Positions 9,209-18,080 of a stretch of DNA of 64,000 nt are shown piece by piece; positions within the stretch are counted from its first letter, which is position 1, and each line of letters opens with the position of its first letter. The translations under genes and the position numbers were made by a program. The notes under the pieces were generated by a model. It saw only the letters and a program-made list of their open reading frames with translations. It ran no database searches and was not told the origin of the DNA. The DNA comes from Saprospira grandis str. Lewin. Lineage in GTDB: Bacteria > Bacteroidota > Bacteroidia > Chitinophagales > Saprospiraceae. The stretch lies in the NCBI RefSeq assembly GCF_000250635.1, contig NC_016940.1, positions 1,416,995 to 1,480,994 of the forward strand. Reading direction: 5' to 3'.

Positions 9209-9791
9209 GAACTTATTATGGGATACGGCCTTGGCCAAATTGAAAGCGGGAAACGACCGCTTTGTCAATGAACAAGCAGAAGGGAAAAAACAGGCCATGG
9301 ATCGCCGCCAAGAGCTCACTAAAGGGCAGGCGCCTTGGGCGATTATTTTGAGTTGTGCCGACTCTAGAGTGGTGCCCGAACTTGCCTTTGATACTGGCCT
9401 AGGCGAGCTCTTTGTTATTCGGGTAGCGGGCAATATTGCCAATACCTCTACCATTGCGAGTATTGAGTATGCCGTGGCCCACCTAGACGTCAATTTGATT
9501 GTGGTCATGGGCCACGAAAGCTGCGGAGCAGTTACGGCCGCCATGGCCGAGGGCGATGCAGAAAGCAATAACCTCAAGCATTTGTTGGACTATATTCAGC
9601 CGGCGCTTTCGGCCTGCCCCAACTGCCAAGATGTGAACGAAGTGGTTAAGAAAAATGCCGAACTAACGGCAGAAGCCCTAGCCGCCAACTCCAGCATCAT
9701 CCAAAATGAAATCCAGAATGGGGAGCTCAAGGTCTTTTCGGCCTACTACAACCTTTCTGATGGGCATGTAGACTTTTTTGAGGAGGCTTAG
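9201..9791 (+). CDS. beta-class carbonic anhydrase
   Basis: CADSRV...HESCGAV zinc-ligand motifs (Cys-Asp-Arg ... His-x-x-Cys). Start set to ATG 9201 (MSKNLLWD) rather than the track's 9156. Confidence 0.85.
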   Translation: MSKNLLWDTALAKLKAGNDRFVNEQAEGKKQAMDRRQELTKGQAPWAIILSCADSRVVPELAFDTGLGELFVIRVAGNIANTSTIASIEYAVAHLDVNLIVVMGHESCGAVTAAMAEGDAESNNLKHLLDYIQPALSACPNCQDVNEVVKKNAELTAEALAANSSIIQNEIQNGELKVFSAYYNLSDGHVDFFEEA

Positions 9792-9817
9792 GCCAAATTG
9801 AAAAGGGGAATAAAAAA

Positions 9818-9848
9818 CGCCAGCTCGACAAAAGCTGGCGTTTTTTTG
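9818..9848 (+). terminator. rho-independent terminator after the carbonic anhydrase gene
   Basis: CGCCAGC-tcgacaaaa-GCTGGCG followed by TTTTTTT. Confidence 0.6.
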
Positions 9849-9874
9849 TGGTCCTATATTATTCCTTTTTTGGG

Positions 9875-9935
9875 GCCCGCGGCCAGCTTTGCTGGCCGCC
9901 GCTATGCTGCGGGGCTCACTGTGCCGCTAATATCT
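9875..9935 (+). repeat. partial copy (terminal module) of the composite dispersed repeat
   Basis: TTTTTTGGGGCCCGCGGCCAGCTTTGCTGGCCGCCGCTATGCTGCGGGGCTCAC is identical to the start of the composite element at 11020 and to the reverse complement of the end of the element at 17660. Confidence 0.7.
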
Positions 9936-10857
9936 AACATGGGTATATTATTTTCTTTAACCCTTTCTTTTTGGATATACAAGGGCCAAGGACTAGGGGG
10001 CTACAGTCACAAATCTCTAATCTTTCTAAATTTTCGCATTTTAAATTAGACAAATCTGTACTAGTCGTCCCATCTCTATCAACCGTCCCAAACAAACTTA
10101 AAGACTTCAAATTGAGTTTATCTAGCCTTATTAGAGATAAAGGTATATTATAACAGCTTAACTTTTTCAAAAATCTAAGGTGGTGTATTTCTCTACAAAA
10201 ATCCAGATTTATTCTACCACCTCCACCTATAGATAAATCTATTTCTCTTAAATTAGGGAGGCGATCCAAAAAAGGTATACTATCTACATACATATAGCAT
10301 GAAGCTGAAAAACGCTCTAATGTGTCAGGGAGACAGATGTACCAATCTTTCAGAGATGGGAGGGAGCGTATTTCTAATTCTTTGAGTTTGTCTAATTCGA
10401 TAATTTCTTCAAAATTTTTCACAGAAGAACGTAGGGACAAGCTTTCTATAGCGCTCTGCTGTATCGCTTTAAAATCTATTCTGCTAAAAGATAAATGTAG
10501 TTTTTTTAGTGTACCTAGATCTTCTACAAAGCTAATATCTTCGGTTGTTGTCTCCAAATAGGATATATCTAAAGTCTCTAATTCTGAAGGAAATGAGGCC
10601 CTACTCAAAGGTATTTCAGTAAAACCTGTAAGTATCAAATACTTTATTTGGGGCAGTCGATCTAATAGATATAGTATAGATTCATTTTCTTCATATACGG
10701 TAAGTGAAATGGTTTCCAACCAATTCATTTTTGAAATTTCATCTAGTTGTTGCTCTGTTATTAGGTCTAACCACCCGCCTCCAAACTCCTCGCATAAAAA
10801 GAGACTTCCAGATCTTTCAATATTTTCCTCTTCGATTAAACCGTCGATATTGTCCAT
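9934..10857 (-). CDS. leucine-rich repeat (LRR) protein
   Basis: 307 aa. Repeated L..L.L....I..L..L segments (LETLDISYLETT, LKKLHLSFSRIDF, LKELEIRSLPSL, LREIDLSI). Strongly AT-rich coding region compared with neighbours. Confidence 0.65.
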   Translation of the reverse strand: MDNIDGLIEEENIERSGSLFLCEEFGGGWLDLITEQQLDEISKMNWLETISLTVYEENESILYLLDRLPQIKYLILTGFTEIPLSRASFPSELETLDISYLETTTEDISFVEDLGTLKKLHLSFSRIDFKAIQQSAIESLSLRSSVKNFEEIIELDKLKELEIRSLPSLKDWYICLPDTLERFSASCYMYVDSIPFLDRLPNLREIDLSIGGGGRINLDFCREIHHLRFLKKLSCYNIPLSLIRLDKLNLKSLSLFGTVDRDGTTSTDLSNLKCENLERLEICDCSPLVLGPCISKKKGLKKIIYPC

Positions 10858-11019
10858 GCAAATATTTTTAGTTAGATAATCCCATAAAGCTAAAAAAATA
10901 GTTTTTCATTTTTAGTAAAAAACTTTAAATCACAATTGCTCATGGCAAACAAAATTCTTGTTCTTAAATGAGTCGCGGACAGTAGTGGGAGGAGAATTGT
11001 TAAGCACCTATATTATTTT

Positions 11020-11560
11020 TTTTGGGGCCCGCGGCCAGCTTTGCTGGCCGCCGCTATGCTGCGGGGCTCACAGGCCTGTTCGGCCCTGCAGCCGCCTGCG
11101 GCGGCTTTGGTCTGGCCTGCGGCCACCCCTCCGCAGCGCTGGGCCGCTCATCAGGGCGGTTTAGCTTGGGCAGTTTGCTTTGGCCTTTTGGCCTTCCCTT
11201 TTAAGCGGTATTCGTCGCTGCGCTCCTCATTCGCCAATATGTCCCCGCCCACCCACCCCTCTGCGGGATTCCCTAAGGAATCCCTCGGGGAGGCGGGCAA
11301 CAAGCTAGCTGCAGACTTGGTCCAAGTTGCCTATAAGATGACGAAGCAATACCGCTCTTGCTGTAGGTGTTCACCTACAAGCACAGATAGCAGGCGGCAA
11401 AGCCGCCACAGGCTGAGGGGCTGTAGCAGGGCCGCCGAAGGCGGCAGACCAAGGCGCTTTGCGCCGAAGGGCCGAGCAGACCTGCGAGCTGCGCAATGGC
11501 CCGACCCGAAGGCCCAAAGGGCCGAAGGGGCAGCCCCAAAAAAAGAAACTACTTCCCCTC
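11020..11560 (+). repeat. composite dispersed repeat, about 540 bp (GC-rich repeat modules plus palindromic core), forward copy
   Basis: Near-identical to the reverse complement of 17150-17660. Contains the palindromes GTAGGTGAACACCTAC and GGGATTCCCTAAGGAATCCC. Overlaps the 3' end of the ketosynthase gene. Confidence 0.8.
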
Positions 11561-12835
11561 CCAACGGGCAAAAAGCAAACAACTATTCACATCCCCAAAG
11601 CCAAAACTCGCCTTGGCCATATAGCGCAAATCGGCCGCCTCCATTTGCAGGGGAATACAGGCGGCAGAAATCTGGGCCGCAATCTCGGGATGAAGATCTT
11701 CGGCATTTTTGCTGGGGTGCAAAAAGCCATGGACCAATTGCAAGACCACCGCCACCGACTCAATGGCGCCCGCCGCCGATAAACAATGACCAATCAAGGA
11801 TTTTAGGCTATTAATCTTAGGAAAATCATCGGCAGAGCGGCCCAAAGCCCGCAGCCAAGCCCCAATTTCGGCAGGGTCGCCCATGGTGGCCGTCAGATGG
11901 CCCGAAATAGCGTCTAGCTCCTGCGCAGCAATGCCCGCATCGGCCAAAGCCAAGCGAATACAGCGCTCAATCGCCTTGATATTGGGAGCCGTCATGCTGC
12001 CCCCCTGACGCTGACCGCCCGCATTTAAATGCCCCCCTTTTAGCTCGGCATAAATGTGCGCGCCCCTTGCTTGAGCCGAGGCCAAACTCTCTAAAACCAA
12101 TGCGCCAGCGCCACTGCCGGGCACAAAACCCGCCGCCTGCTCGCTCATTGGGCGAGAAGCCTGCTCTGGGCGGTCATTAAACTTGCGGCAAAGCACCCGC
12201 ATCGAATCAAAACCCGCCCAAATATATGGACCAGAACTGTTGCAGCTGCCGACCAGCATCCGCTCCGCTCGTCCCGACCGAATACGATCATAGCCCATTA
12301 ATATGGCCTCACTGCCCGTGCTGCAAGCCGCCGAATTAGAACTCAACTGATTGCCAAGGCCCAAAAAACCGCCCAAATAAGCGCTGATGCTGCTCTCCAT
12401 CGTCTGTTGAATCAAAGAAGAGCCAATGCGGCGGACCTTGCCCGCATCCACCTTATAAATTCCCTCTCGAACCACCTCAATACTAGACTGCCCGCCGCCA
12501 AAAATGCAGCCCGCCTCCCAATCGGGTTCCTCTTCCTTTTCAGAAATTGGCAAGGCGGCATCCTGCCAAGCCTCTAGGCCCGCCAAACAGCCATACATAA
12601 GGCCAGAGCCCTGAATATATCGCCTTTGTAAGGGCGTCAAAAAGCTATTAATGTACTCTTCGGTCAGCGGAGGGCTGCCTGCGACTCGACAAGCAAACTG
12701 TAGCTCCTCCAAATCTGGACGATAGCTAATTCCCGACTTTCCCGACTGCAAAGCGGCCAAAAAATCGGCCTTTCCCAAGGCGTTGGGAGCCACAACCCCC
12801 AAACCCGTAATCACGACTCTATTTTCCTGCATCAT
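11549..12835 (-). CDS. beta-ketoacyl-[ACP] synthase (FabF/FabB-like KAS I/II)
   Basis: 428 aa. Ketosynthase fold with active-site Cys in NSAACSTGSEA and downstream His motifs (HLTATMGDP; GHCLSAAG). Confidence 0.85.
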   Translation of the reverse strand: MMQENRVVITGLGVVAPNALGKADFLAALQSGKSGISYRPDLEELQFACRVAGSPPLTEEYINSFLTPLQRRYIQGSGLMYGCLAGLEAWQDAALPISEKEEEPDWEAGCIFGGGQSSIEVVREGIYKVDAGKVRRIGSSLIQQTMESSISAYLGGFLGLGNQLSSNSAACSTGSEAILMGYDRIRSGRAERMLVGSCNSSGPYIWAGFDSMRVLCRKFNDRPEQASRPMSEQAAGFVPGSGAGALVLESLASAQARGAHIYAELKGGHLNAGGQRQGGSMTAPNIKAIERCIRLALADAGIAAQELDAISGHLTATMGDPAEIGAWLRALGRSADDFPKINSLKSLIGHCLSAAGAIESVAVVLQLVHGFLHPSKNAEDLHPEIAAQISAACIPLQMEAADLRYMAKASFGFGDVNSCLLFARWEGK

Positions 12836-13280
12836 GGCTATTTTTTTTGGTCCACATTCCCGCTAATTCGGCCTTAGCGACCAGATCGCCAGCCTCATTA
12901 TAGGCTGAGGCCGTCACTCGAAGCTGTTGGAGACGAAATAATTTCTTTTTGGCCTCTACCCTCAGCAGCTCTCCAGGGCGATGGAGCTGGTAAAAATTCA
13001 CCTTAGAGCTACTAAAAGCAATTTTGGGGACCTCCTGCAGCTCCTCTTTCAATAAATAAATGCCTAGGCAAACCAGGCCAATTTGGGCCATGCACTCCAA
13101 GAGCAGCACCCCGGGCGTAATGGGGTCTTCGGGAAAATGGTCCGCATAAAAAGGGGCATCCTCTGCAAAGCGGTATTGGCCAATAACGCCCTCCTCATTC
13201 AGCTCCAACAACTCATCTACAAAGCAGAAGTTGGGACCATAGGGAAGCAAGGCCAAAATATCTTGATAGTTTTCTTTCAT
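12819..13280 (-). CDS. FabZ/FabA-like 3-hydroxyacyl-ACP dehydratase (hot-dog fold)
   Basis: 153 aa. HFPEDPITPGVLLLECMAQ matches the FabZ catalytic His / PGVL motif. Confidence 0.75.
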   Translation of the reverse strand: MKENYQDILALLPYGPNFCFVDELLELNEEGVIGQYRFAEDAPFYADHFPEDPITPGVLLLECMAQIGLVCLGIYLLKEELQEVPKIAFSSSKVNFYQLHRPGELLRVEAKKKLFRLQQLRVTASAYNEAGDLVAKAELAGMWTKKNSHDAGK

Positions 13281-13286
13281 CTTTTC

Positions 13287-14096
13287 TTAAATCAATCGTT
13301 CTCCCCCATCTACGGGGATAATAGCGCCATTAATCCAAGCCGATTCTGCTCGGCAAAGCAGCTCGATGACTTTGGCCACATCTTCGGCCTTAGTCATTCG
13401 GCCCAAGGGGTTTCGGCTTTTGGCAAATTGGGCCAAATCATCGCTGCCTGGAATCAGTTGAAAAGAGCGAGTATTCATCATGCCCGCCTGTACAATATTG
13501 GCTCGGATGCCCAGAGGCGCATACTCTAGGGCCATAGAACGGATGATAGCCTCTAGGGCCGTTTTGGCGGCAGATACAGCCGCATAATGGGACCAAGCCC
13601 GCTGGTTGCCGCCACTACTGAGGCCCAAAATTCGGGCATCTTCGGCAAAGCGGCCTAGAGCAATTAATCCCTGCGCCCAATCGACAATACTATAGGCCAT
13701 ATTTTGGGCCGTGAGCTGAAAATCAGTACTCGTCAAATTATTCTGTCCTAAAAAAGCCTTGAGATTTCCCTTGGCAATACTATGCAGCAACAGCCGAAAA
13801 CGCGCCTCAGCAGGCAGGCGTTCCGAGAGCTCGGCCAAAGAGCGAGCAATTTGCTCCTTCTGCGTAGCATCCACATTATAATGCAAAATGCTTACGCCCG
13901 TTTCTAGGGACAAGGCCTGAAAACGAGCTTGGGCCTCTCGGGCATCGGCTCGCCTTTCTCGATAATAAATGCAAAGCGACATGCCCTTTTTGGCCAGTAC
14001 TTGAGCCGCAGCCCAACCTAATCCAGAAGAGCCCCCTAAAATGAGCCCCCAAAGTTCTTTTTCCTTATACATGGGTTTACTAATTTTCTGGGGCAA
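13287..14096 (-). CDS. FabI-like enoyl-ACP reductase (SDR with Y-x6-K)
   Basis: 269 aa. Gly-rich NAD(P)-binding N-terminus. SHYAAVSAAK gives Tyr-x6-Lys spacing, typical of FabI rather than a classical YxxxK ketoreductase. Confidence 0.65.
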   Translation of the reverse strand: MPQKISKPMYKEKELWGLILGGSSGLGWAAAQVLAKKGMSLCIYYRERRADAREAQARFQALSLETGVSILHYNVDATQKEQIARSLAELSERLPAEARFRLLLHSIAKGNLKAFLGQNNLTSTDFQLTAQNMAYSIVDWAQGLIALGRFAEDARILGLSSGGNQRAWSHYAAVSAAKTALEAIIRSMALEYAPLGIRANIVQAGMMNTRSFQLIPGSDDLAQFAKSRNPLGRMTKAEDVAKVIELLCRAESAWINGAIIPVDGGERLI

Positions 14097-14099
14097 AGC

Positions 14100-15158
14100 C
14101 TACTCCCAATTTAATAATAGCCGCTGGGCCGAAAAGCCTGGGCCAAAGCTAAGCATTAGGCCCTTTTCGCCTGCGGCAATCTCCTTTTCTAGATAGCGCT
14201 CGAGCACATAAAGCACCGTGGCCGAAGACATATTGCCATAAAGGCGCAAGACCTCCTTGGTCTCCTCGATATTTTTGCCCAAATCGGCAAAAAGGCCCTC
14301 TACCATCTGTACAATCTTTTTGCCGCCAGGATGAAAAATCAAATGCTCAATCTCTTCGATCGTCAAGCCATTCTTTTCAATAAATGGGAAGAGGACCGAT
14401 TTAAAATGTCGCTCAATTTTATTGGGCACTTCCTTGTCCAAAATCATTTGAAGGCCCGTATTGCGCAGCTTGAAGCCCATCATATCAATTTCGTCATAAA
14501 AATGATACATTTCTCCTGCAATAATGGCGGGTTTTAGCTCCTCAGAGGGCCCCAAAATGGTACAAACCGCTCCATCGCCAAAGATGGCCGCACTGACCAT
14601 ATTGACCATACTCATATCATCCTGCTGAAAGGTAGCCGTAGGCGACTCAAAAGCGACGATAGCCGCCCGCTTACCCGGATTGGCCAAAAGCAGATTATAG
14701 GCATAAATCAAAGCGGAGGTTCCCCCCGCACAGCCCATTTCCGTTACGGGCAAACGCATAATATCTTGGCGCATTCTCAGCGCATTAATCAAGTAGGCAT
14801 CTATAGAGGGAATCATAATGCCCGTACAGCTCACACTAATGATAATATCGATATCTGTAGGCTGCAAATTGGCTTTTTTGAGGGCCCCTTCTACGGCTTG
14901 CTGCGTCAGTAGGGTATATTCCTCGGCATAGCGGGCATTTTTTTCTTCAAAAGAAGTTTGCTGAAACACCTCTTCGATATCCATAATAGAATAGCGGCGA
15001 TCTACCTGCGCATAGCGAAAAATACGCTCCACCTTACGGCGAAAGCGTTCGTCTTGGCCCTTGGCCTGCAGCCAAAGATCGATATAGGGTAAAATATCTG
15101 CTGTAGATCTAGAATAGGGCGGCAGGGCCTTATGTGTGGAAAGTATTTTTATAGACAA
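14100..15158 (-). CDS. type III polyketide synthase (chalcone/stilbene synthase superfamily)
   Basis: 352 aa. Catalytic triad motifs MGCAGG (Cys), FHPGG (His) and GNMSSATV (Asn), plus C-terminal GFGPGFS. Confidence 0.8.
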   Translation of the reverse strand: MSIKILSTHKALPPYSRSTADILPYIDLWLQAKGQDERFRRKVERIFRYAQVDRRYSIMDIEEVFQQTSFEEKNARYAEEYTLLTQQAVEGALKKANLQPTDIDIIISVSCTGIMIPSIDAYLINALRMRQDIMRLPVTEMGCAGGTSALIYAYNLLLANPGKRAAIVAFESPTATFQQDDMSMVNMVSAAIFGDGAVCTILGPSEELKPAIIAGEMYHFYDEIDMMGFKLRNTGLQMILDKEVPNKIERHFKSVLFPFIEKNGLTIEEIEHLIFHPGGKKIVQMVEGLFADLGKNIEETKEVLRLYGNMSSATVLYVLERYLEKEIAAGEKGLMLSFGPGFSAQRLLLNWE

Positions 15159-15297
15159 GGGAGTGTATTTTAAGTTTTTTGGGGTAAGCGATTTTTAAAA
15201 TACGAGAAAAAATAGGCTATGGAGTTATTTGCCTGCTTTTTTATCTTTCTTCAAATGGAATCACTTCCTTAAATTAAGGCCCAATAAAAACCAAATC

Positions 15298-16203
15298 ATG
15301 CCATTACATCAAAAAACGGCCTGCCGAAAACAATGGGGATTATCTCAGCGGAGCGGGCAAAATATTTACTACAAACTAGACTGTCAGCAGCCTTCGGGCT
15401 CCTTTAAAATTCGGGGCATTGGCCATTATGCCGAGCAGCTGAAGGCCCAAGGGGTCTTGTCTTTAGTTATTGCCTCTGGCGGAAATGCGGGTTTGGCAGT
15501 GGCCTATGCGGCCCAAGCCTTGCAGCTCAAGGCCAAGGTGGTTTTGCCCCTAAGCAGCTCCCTCTTTGTCGAGCAGTTGCTGCTTGACCTTGGCGCTAAG
15601 GTCTACCGCTCTGGCGAAAGCTGGGCCGAGGCCCAAACATTGGCCCTAGAACTAGCCCAGGCGCCCCAAGCAACCTATATCCCTCCCTTCGATCATCCGA
15701 TGCTTTGGGAAGGCCATAGCAGTTTGGTGGAGGAGTTGGCCGAGCAATTGCCGCAAGCGCCCGATCTCATTTTGCTATCTGTAGGAGGTGGAGGCCTTTT
15801 TAAGGGCGTGATGCAGGGCTTAGCAGCCCATGACTGGCCCACTAAGGTATTGTGTTTGGAGACGGAAGGTACGGCCTCCCTGCATCAGTCTTTGGCGGCG
15901 GGTCGACAAATTGAGTTGGCTAAAATTGAGGGCATAGCCAGCAGCTTAGGCGCCAAAAAGATTGCTCAAGCAGCTTGGGAGGCGGCCCAATCGCCCCAAG
16001 TGTATAGTCGAGTTTTGCCTGATGAGCAGGCCCTCTGGGGCGTGAAGCAACTCTTGTCCGAAACAGGACATTTGACCGAGCCTGCCTGCGGGCTGGTCCG
16101 AGCGGCCTTGGTCCAAGACTGGCCCGAAATTCAAGCTGCAAAACATATTGTGGCCATTATTTGCGGCGGAAGAACGATGCCGATAGAACAACTAAGCCTC
16201 TAA
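15298..16203 (+). CDS. PLP-dependent serine/threonine dehydratase family enzyme (fold type II)
   Basis: PSGSFKIRG lysine-PLP signature and a glycine-rich GGGG loop. Start moved from 15229 to ATG 15298 (MPLHQK). Confidence 0.7.
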   Translation: MPLHQKTACRKQWGLSQRSGQNIYYKLDCQQPSGSFKIRGIGHYAEQLKAQGVLSLVIASGGNAGLAVAYAAQALQLKAKVVLPLSSSLFVEQLLLDLGAKVYRSGESWAEAQTLALELAQAPQATYIPPFDHPMLWEGHSSLVEELAEQLPQAPDLILLSVGGGGLFKGVMQGLAAHDWPTKVLCLETEGTASLHQSLAAGRQIELAKIEGIASSLGAKKIAQAAWEAAQSPQVYSRVLPDEQALWGVKQLLSETGHLTEPACGLVRAALVQDWPEIQAAKHIVAIICGGRTMPIEQLSL

Positions 16204-16206
16204 ATT

Positions 16207-17136
16207 ATGATTATCTACAAGCCTTCGGGCTCTTTCTTCAGAGACATTCGCCATTTTAATCGCACAGCGGTCATTAGACGGCTGATTGCTTATGTGTTGT
16301 TTTATGGCTTGGCGGTGGCCGCTTTGGCGGCTCTATTCCTCTGGGCCGATTGGTCCAAATACCTGAAATTAGACGGACTGAGCAGCATTTTCTCCTTTCT
16401 GGGGGTGGTTTTGAGCATCCTTTTGGTTTTTCGGACCAATACAGCCTATGACCGTTGGTGGGAGGGCCGCAAGCAATGGGGTGCCTTGGTCAATCACAGT
16501 AGAAATTTGGCCATTGTGGGACAGGTTTGCTTTCCCGAAGAGAATAAGGCCCTTCGTCATCGTTTGGCCCTGCTGATCAGCAATTTTTGTCTGGCCTTTA
16601 AGGAGCATTTGCGGGAGGGGGTGCGTTTGGAGGAGCTGATTGAATTGACTGCCAGAGATCGGCAGTTGTATGCGGAGCAGCAGCATTTGCCCGCCTATAT
16701 TTCGGCCCAAATTCAGCAGTTGGTGGTGCAGGCCTACCGTCGTGGCGAAATCCGGGAGCTGGACCAGCTCAATTTTAAGCCGCACACCCAAGCCCTGCTA
16801 GATGTTTTGGGGGCCTGCGAACGCATCAAGAAAACGCCCATTCCCTTTTCTTATGAGATTTTTCTGCGGCTCTTTATTGTTTGCTATGCCCTGATTTTGC
16901 CCTTTGTGATTTTGCCCAGTTTTGGCTTTTGGGGCCTGCCTGTGCTGATGCTGATTCTCTTTGCTTTTTTGGGCCTAGAGCTCATGGCGGCCGAGATTCA
17001 GGACCCTTTTGGCCGAGATTGCAACGACCTCCCTACGGGCGATATGGCCCATACTATTCGCAAGAATGTTTTTGAGATTTTAGAGGCCAAGCATGAAAAA
17101 GGAAGTCTGACTAGCAATTATAGTAAGTTGTCTTAG
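16207..17136 (+). CDS. bestrophin/UPF0187 family anion channel
   Basis: 309 aa. VFRTNTAYDRWWEGRKQWG is the bestrophin-family signature; 4 TM helices. Begins 3 nt after the previous gene. Confidence 0.85.
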   Translation: MIIYKPSGSFFRDIRHFNRTAVIRRLIAYVLFYGLAVAALAALFLWADWSKYLKLDGLSSIFSFLGVVLSILLVFRTNTAYDRWWEGRKQWGALVNHSRNLAIVGQVCFPEENKALRHRLALLISNFCLAFKEHLREGVRLEELIELTARDRQLYAEQQHLPAYISAQIQQLVVQAYRRGEIRELDQLNFKPHTQALLDVLGACERIKKTPIPFSYEIFLRLFIVCYALILPFVILPSFGFWGLPVLMLILFAFLGLELMAAEIQDPFGRDCNDLPTGDMAHTIRKNVFEILEAKHEKGSLTSNYSKLS

Positions 17137-17149
17137 GAGGAGGATTTGG

Positions 17150-17660
17150 GGCTGCCCCTTCGGCCCTTTGGGCCTTCGGGTCGGGCTCTGTCGCAGCTCG
17201 CAGGTCTGCTCGGCCCTGCGCCGCCAAGGGCGGCTGGGTCTGGCCCTTTGGGCCACTGCTATCCATCCCTCAGCCTGCGGCGGCTTTGCCGCCTGCTATC
17301 TGTGCTTGTAGGTGAACACCTACAGCAAGAGCGGTATTGCTGCGCAAGCTTATAGGCAACTTGGACCAAGTCTGCAGCTAGCTTGTTGCCCGCCTCCCCG
17401 AGGGATTCCTTAGGGAATCCCGCAGAGGGGTGGGTGGGCGGGGACATATAAACGAATGAGGAGCGCAGCGACGAATACCGCTTAAAAGGGAAGGCCAAAA
17501 GGCCGAAGCCTAAAGATTTGAAGCAACAAAAAAAGTGGAGCGGCCCAGCGCTGCGGAGGGGTGGCCGAAGGCCAGACCGAGCTTTTGAGCAAAGCGAAAA
17601 AGCGAAGGGCCGAACAGGCCTGTGAGCCCCGCAGCATAGCGGCGGCCAGCAAAGCTGGCC
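17150..17660 (-). repeat. composite dispersed repeat, about 510 bp, inverted copy of 11020-11560
   Basis: Reverse complement matches 11020-11560 module for module (GGGATTCCTTAGGGAATCCC, GTAGGTGAACACCTAC, terminal GGCCAGCAAAGCTGGCCGCGGGCCCCAAAAAAAA). Confidence 0.8.
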
Positions 17661-17798
17661 GCGGGCCCCAAAAAAAAATAAAAAAATCTTACGCTCCTAA
17701 ATAGCTGATAAAAAACAACTTAGTCGGCGATTAAAAAATAAATGCAGAAAAAAAGCGGCTAAAAATGAAAAAAGATTTGCGAGATCCAAAAAGCTGCC

Positions 17799-17807
17799 TT
17801 ATATTTG
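17799..17807 (+). promoter_or_regulatory. putative Bacteroidota -7 promoter box (TAnnTTTG) for tRNA-Leu
   Basis: TTATATTTG lies 19 nt upstream of the mature tRNA 5' end. Confidence 0.35.
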
Positions 17808-17825
17808 CAACGTCGAAAATGATAA

Positions 17826-17910
17826 GCGGATGTGGTGAAATTGGTAGACACGCTAGACTTAGGATCTAGTGCCGCAAGGTGTGTGGGTTCGAGTCCCTCC
17901 ATCCGCACCA
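17826..17910 (+). tRNA. tRNA-Leu (anticodon TAG), with encoded CCA
   Basis: GCGGATG acceptor stem pairs with CATCCGC. Anticodon loop CTTAGGA, long variable arm (type II), T-loop GGTTCGAGTCC, 3' CCA; 85 nt. Confidence 0.9.
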
Positions 17911-17921
17911 ATTTAGAAAGT

Positions 17922-17953
17922 GCAAATTCTGATGGGATTTGCGCTTTTTTTTT
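17922..17953 (+). terminator. rho-independent terminator after tRNA-Leu
   Basis: GCAAAT-tctgatggg-ATTTGC followed by GCTTTTTTTTT. Confidence 0.55.
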
Positions 17954-18080
17954 GTGCAAAACCAAAGATCGGCCTTAAATCTATGCCTAGAATTAAGACA
18001 ACTTCAGTATCTTTGGGCCACTTTTGGGGAAAATCCCTAAAATTAAGATTTGATTATTAAGTTATTAAAGACTAGACACG

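Noticed and set aside
9798-10153. ORFs 9798..10049(+) and 9971..10153(+)
   Set aside because: The first spans a terminator and a repeat fragment; the second is antisense to the LRR gene in AT-rich DNA where random ORFs are common.
11041-11814. 257-aa plus-strand ORF and other ORFs (11022..11204, 11331..11582, 11371..11571, 11459..11782, 11587..11793, 17146..17355, 17259..17498, 23601..23798, 23721..23960, 35197..35444, 37093..37489, 40757..41038, 41724..42010, 44682..45065, 50328..50770, 58286..58489, 61325..61692, 62319..62621)
   Set aside because: They lie inside dispersed GC-rich repeat copies or antisense to strong genes. The same pseudo-peptides (for example GRRYAAGLTG, RSTDISDW-type) recur wherever the repeat occurs, which is typical of open frames in GC-rich non-coding repeats.
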